Origin: Rhodoferax sp.
GTDB lineage: Bacteria; Pseudomonadota; Gammaproteobacteria; Burkholderiales; Burkholderiaceae_C
Length of the DNA stretch: 40,345 bases
Reading direction: 5' to 3'
NCBI GenBank assembly: GCA_028711355.1
Contig: JAQTSL010000001.1
Coordinates: 1 to 40,345 of the forward strand
This document shows positions 39,095 to 40,345 of the stretch, one piece after another; positions within the stretch are counted from its first letter, which is position 1; every line of letters begins with the position of its first letter. Made by a program: the position numbers and the translations under genes. Under the pieces are notes generated by a model, which saw only the letters and a program-made list of their open reading frames with translations, did not search any database and was not told the origin of the DNA.

Positions 39095-40345
39095 ATGAAA
39101 ATTCGCGCACAAATCGGCATGGTGCTCAACCTGGACAAGTGCATTGGTTGCCACACTTGCTCGGTCACCTGCAAAAACGTCTGGACCAGCCGCCCCGGCA
39201 TGGAATACGCCTGGTTCAACAACGTCGAAACCAAGCCCGGCATTGGTTACCCCAAAGAATGGGAAAACCAGGATAAGTGGAACGGTGGCTGGGTTCGCAA
39301 GAGCAACGGCGCCATCGAGCCACGCCAGGGCGCCAAGTGGAAGCTGTTGATGAAAATCTTCGCCAACCCCAACTTGCCGCAAATCGACGACTACTACGAA
39401 CCCTTCACCTTTGACTACGCACACCTGCAGAGCGCCCCGGCCGGCAACAACGTGCCCACGGCGCGCCCGCGCAGCCTGATCACCGGGCAACGCATGGAAA
39501 AAATTGAATGGGGCCCGAACTGGGAAGAAATTCTGGGTGGCGAATTCGCCAAGCGCAGCAAAGACAAAAACTTTGATGACATCCAGAAAGACATCTACGG
39601 CCAGTTTGAAAACACCTTCATGATGTACTTGCCGCGCCTGTGCGAACACTGCCTGAACCCGGCGTGTGTGGCATCGTGCCCGTCGGGCAGCATCTACAAG
39701 CGCGAAGAAGACGGCATTGTGCTGATTGACCAGGACAAATGCCGTGGCTGGCGCATGTGCATCAGCGGCTGCCCGTACAAAAAGATTTACTACAACTGGA
39801 AGAGCGGCAAGGCCGAAAAGTGCATCTTCTGCTACCCGCGCATTGAAGCCGGTATGCCCACCGTGTGCTCTGAGACCTGCGTCGGGCGCATCCGCTACCT
39901 GGGCGTGCTGCTGTACGACGCCGACCGCATTCAAGAGGCCGCTAGCGTCGAACGCGACCGCGACTTGTACGGCGCGCAACTGGACATCTTCTTGAACCCG
40001 AACGATCCCAAGGTGATCGAGCAAGCGCGCATTGACGGCATCCCCGACAAGTGGATGGATGCCGCGCGCAACAGCCCGGTGTACAAAATGGCCGTACAGT
40101 GGAAGGTGGCGCTGCCCTTGCACCCCGAATACCGCACGCTGCCCATGGTCTGGTATGTGCCACCGCTCTCGCCCATCAGTGCCGCTGCCAATGCGGGACA
40201 GATTGGTACCAACGGTGTCATTCCCGATGTGAAACAGTTGCGCATTCCGGTCAAGTACCTGGCCAATCTGCTGACCGCCGGTGACACCCTGCCGGTGGAG
40301 CGTGCGCTGGAACGGATGCTGGCCATGCGCGCCTACCAGCGCGGC
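39095..40345 (+). CDS. narH: Respiratory nitrate reductase beta subunit (system 2), 3' truncated by the window
   Basis: Absent from the ORF track because it has no stop; reads MKIRAQIGMVLNLDKCIGCHTCSVTCKNVW...PRLCEHCLNPACVASCP...CRGWRMCISGCP. Confidence 0.96.
   Translation, partial: MKIRAQIGMVLNLDKCIGCHTCSVTCKNVWTSRPGMEYAWFNNVETKPGIGYPKEWENQDKWNGGWVRKSNGAIEPRQGAKWKLLMKIFANPNLPQIDDYYEPFTFDYAHLQSAPAGNNVPTARPRSLITGQRMEKIEWGPNWEEILGGEFAKRSKDKNFDDIQKDIYGQFENTFMMYLPRLCEHCLNPACVASCPSGSIYKREEDGIVLIDQDKCRGWRMCISGCPYKKIYYNWKSGKAEKCIFCYPRIEAGMPTVCSETCVGRIRYLGVLLYDADRIQEAASVERDRDLYGAQLDIFLNPNDPKVIEQARIDGIPDKWMDAARNSPVYKMAVQWKVALPLHPEYRTLPMVWYVPPLSPISAAANAGQIGTNGVIPDVKQLRIPVKYLANLLTAGDTLPVERALERMLAMRAYQRG

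Noticed and set aside
37055-40123. Long minus-strand ORFs (641 aa and 363 aa)
   Set aside because: Antisense shadows of narG and narH.

Overview
A 40 kb denitrification region. The GC-rich codon style and gene families suggest a betaproteobacterium, probably Comamonadaceae-like (inference). Left: the 3' end of ccoG, DUF3079, and a minus-strand nitric oxide reductase operon (DUF2249-norC-norB-norQ-polyferredoxin-norD) behind a perfect NsrR-type palindrome, plus a DNR-type Crp/Fnr regulator. Middle: an atypical respiratory nitrate reductase operon on the minus strand (usp-narK-narK2-membrane cytochrome c-narGHJI-hemerythrin-like-cytochrome c), with divergent narXL and a further cytochrome c. 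Its NarG differs strongly from the second NarG. Right: a receiver-only regulator, a nitroreductase, a MoaA homologue that has lost its radical-SAM cysteines, narK1-narK2, two toxin-antitoxin modules around a TetR/MacAB-like exporter, and a canonical narG-narH cut by the window edge. Non-coding signals read from the sequence: (i) a ~150 bp three-box promoter present twice in inverted orientation around narXL; (ii) a different 7-2-7 heptamer code in front of the second nar system; (iii) a ~48 bp fixed-spacing AT-rich element in 3 clear copies and 1 weak copy, one overprinted in-frame on norD. No CRISPR array, transposase, rRNA or tRNA was seen. All family assignments are by motif recognition, without database searches.
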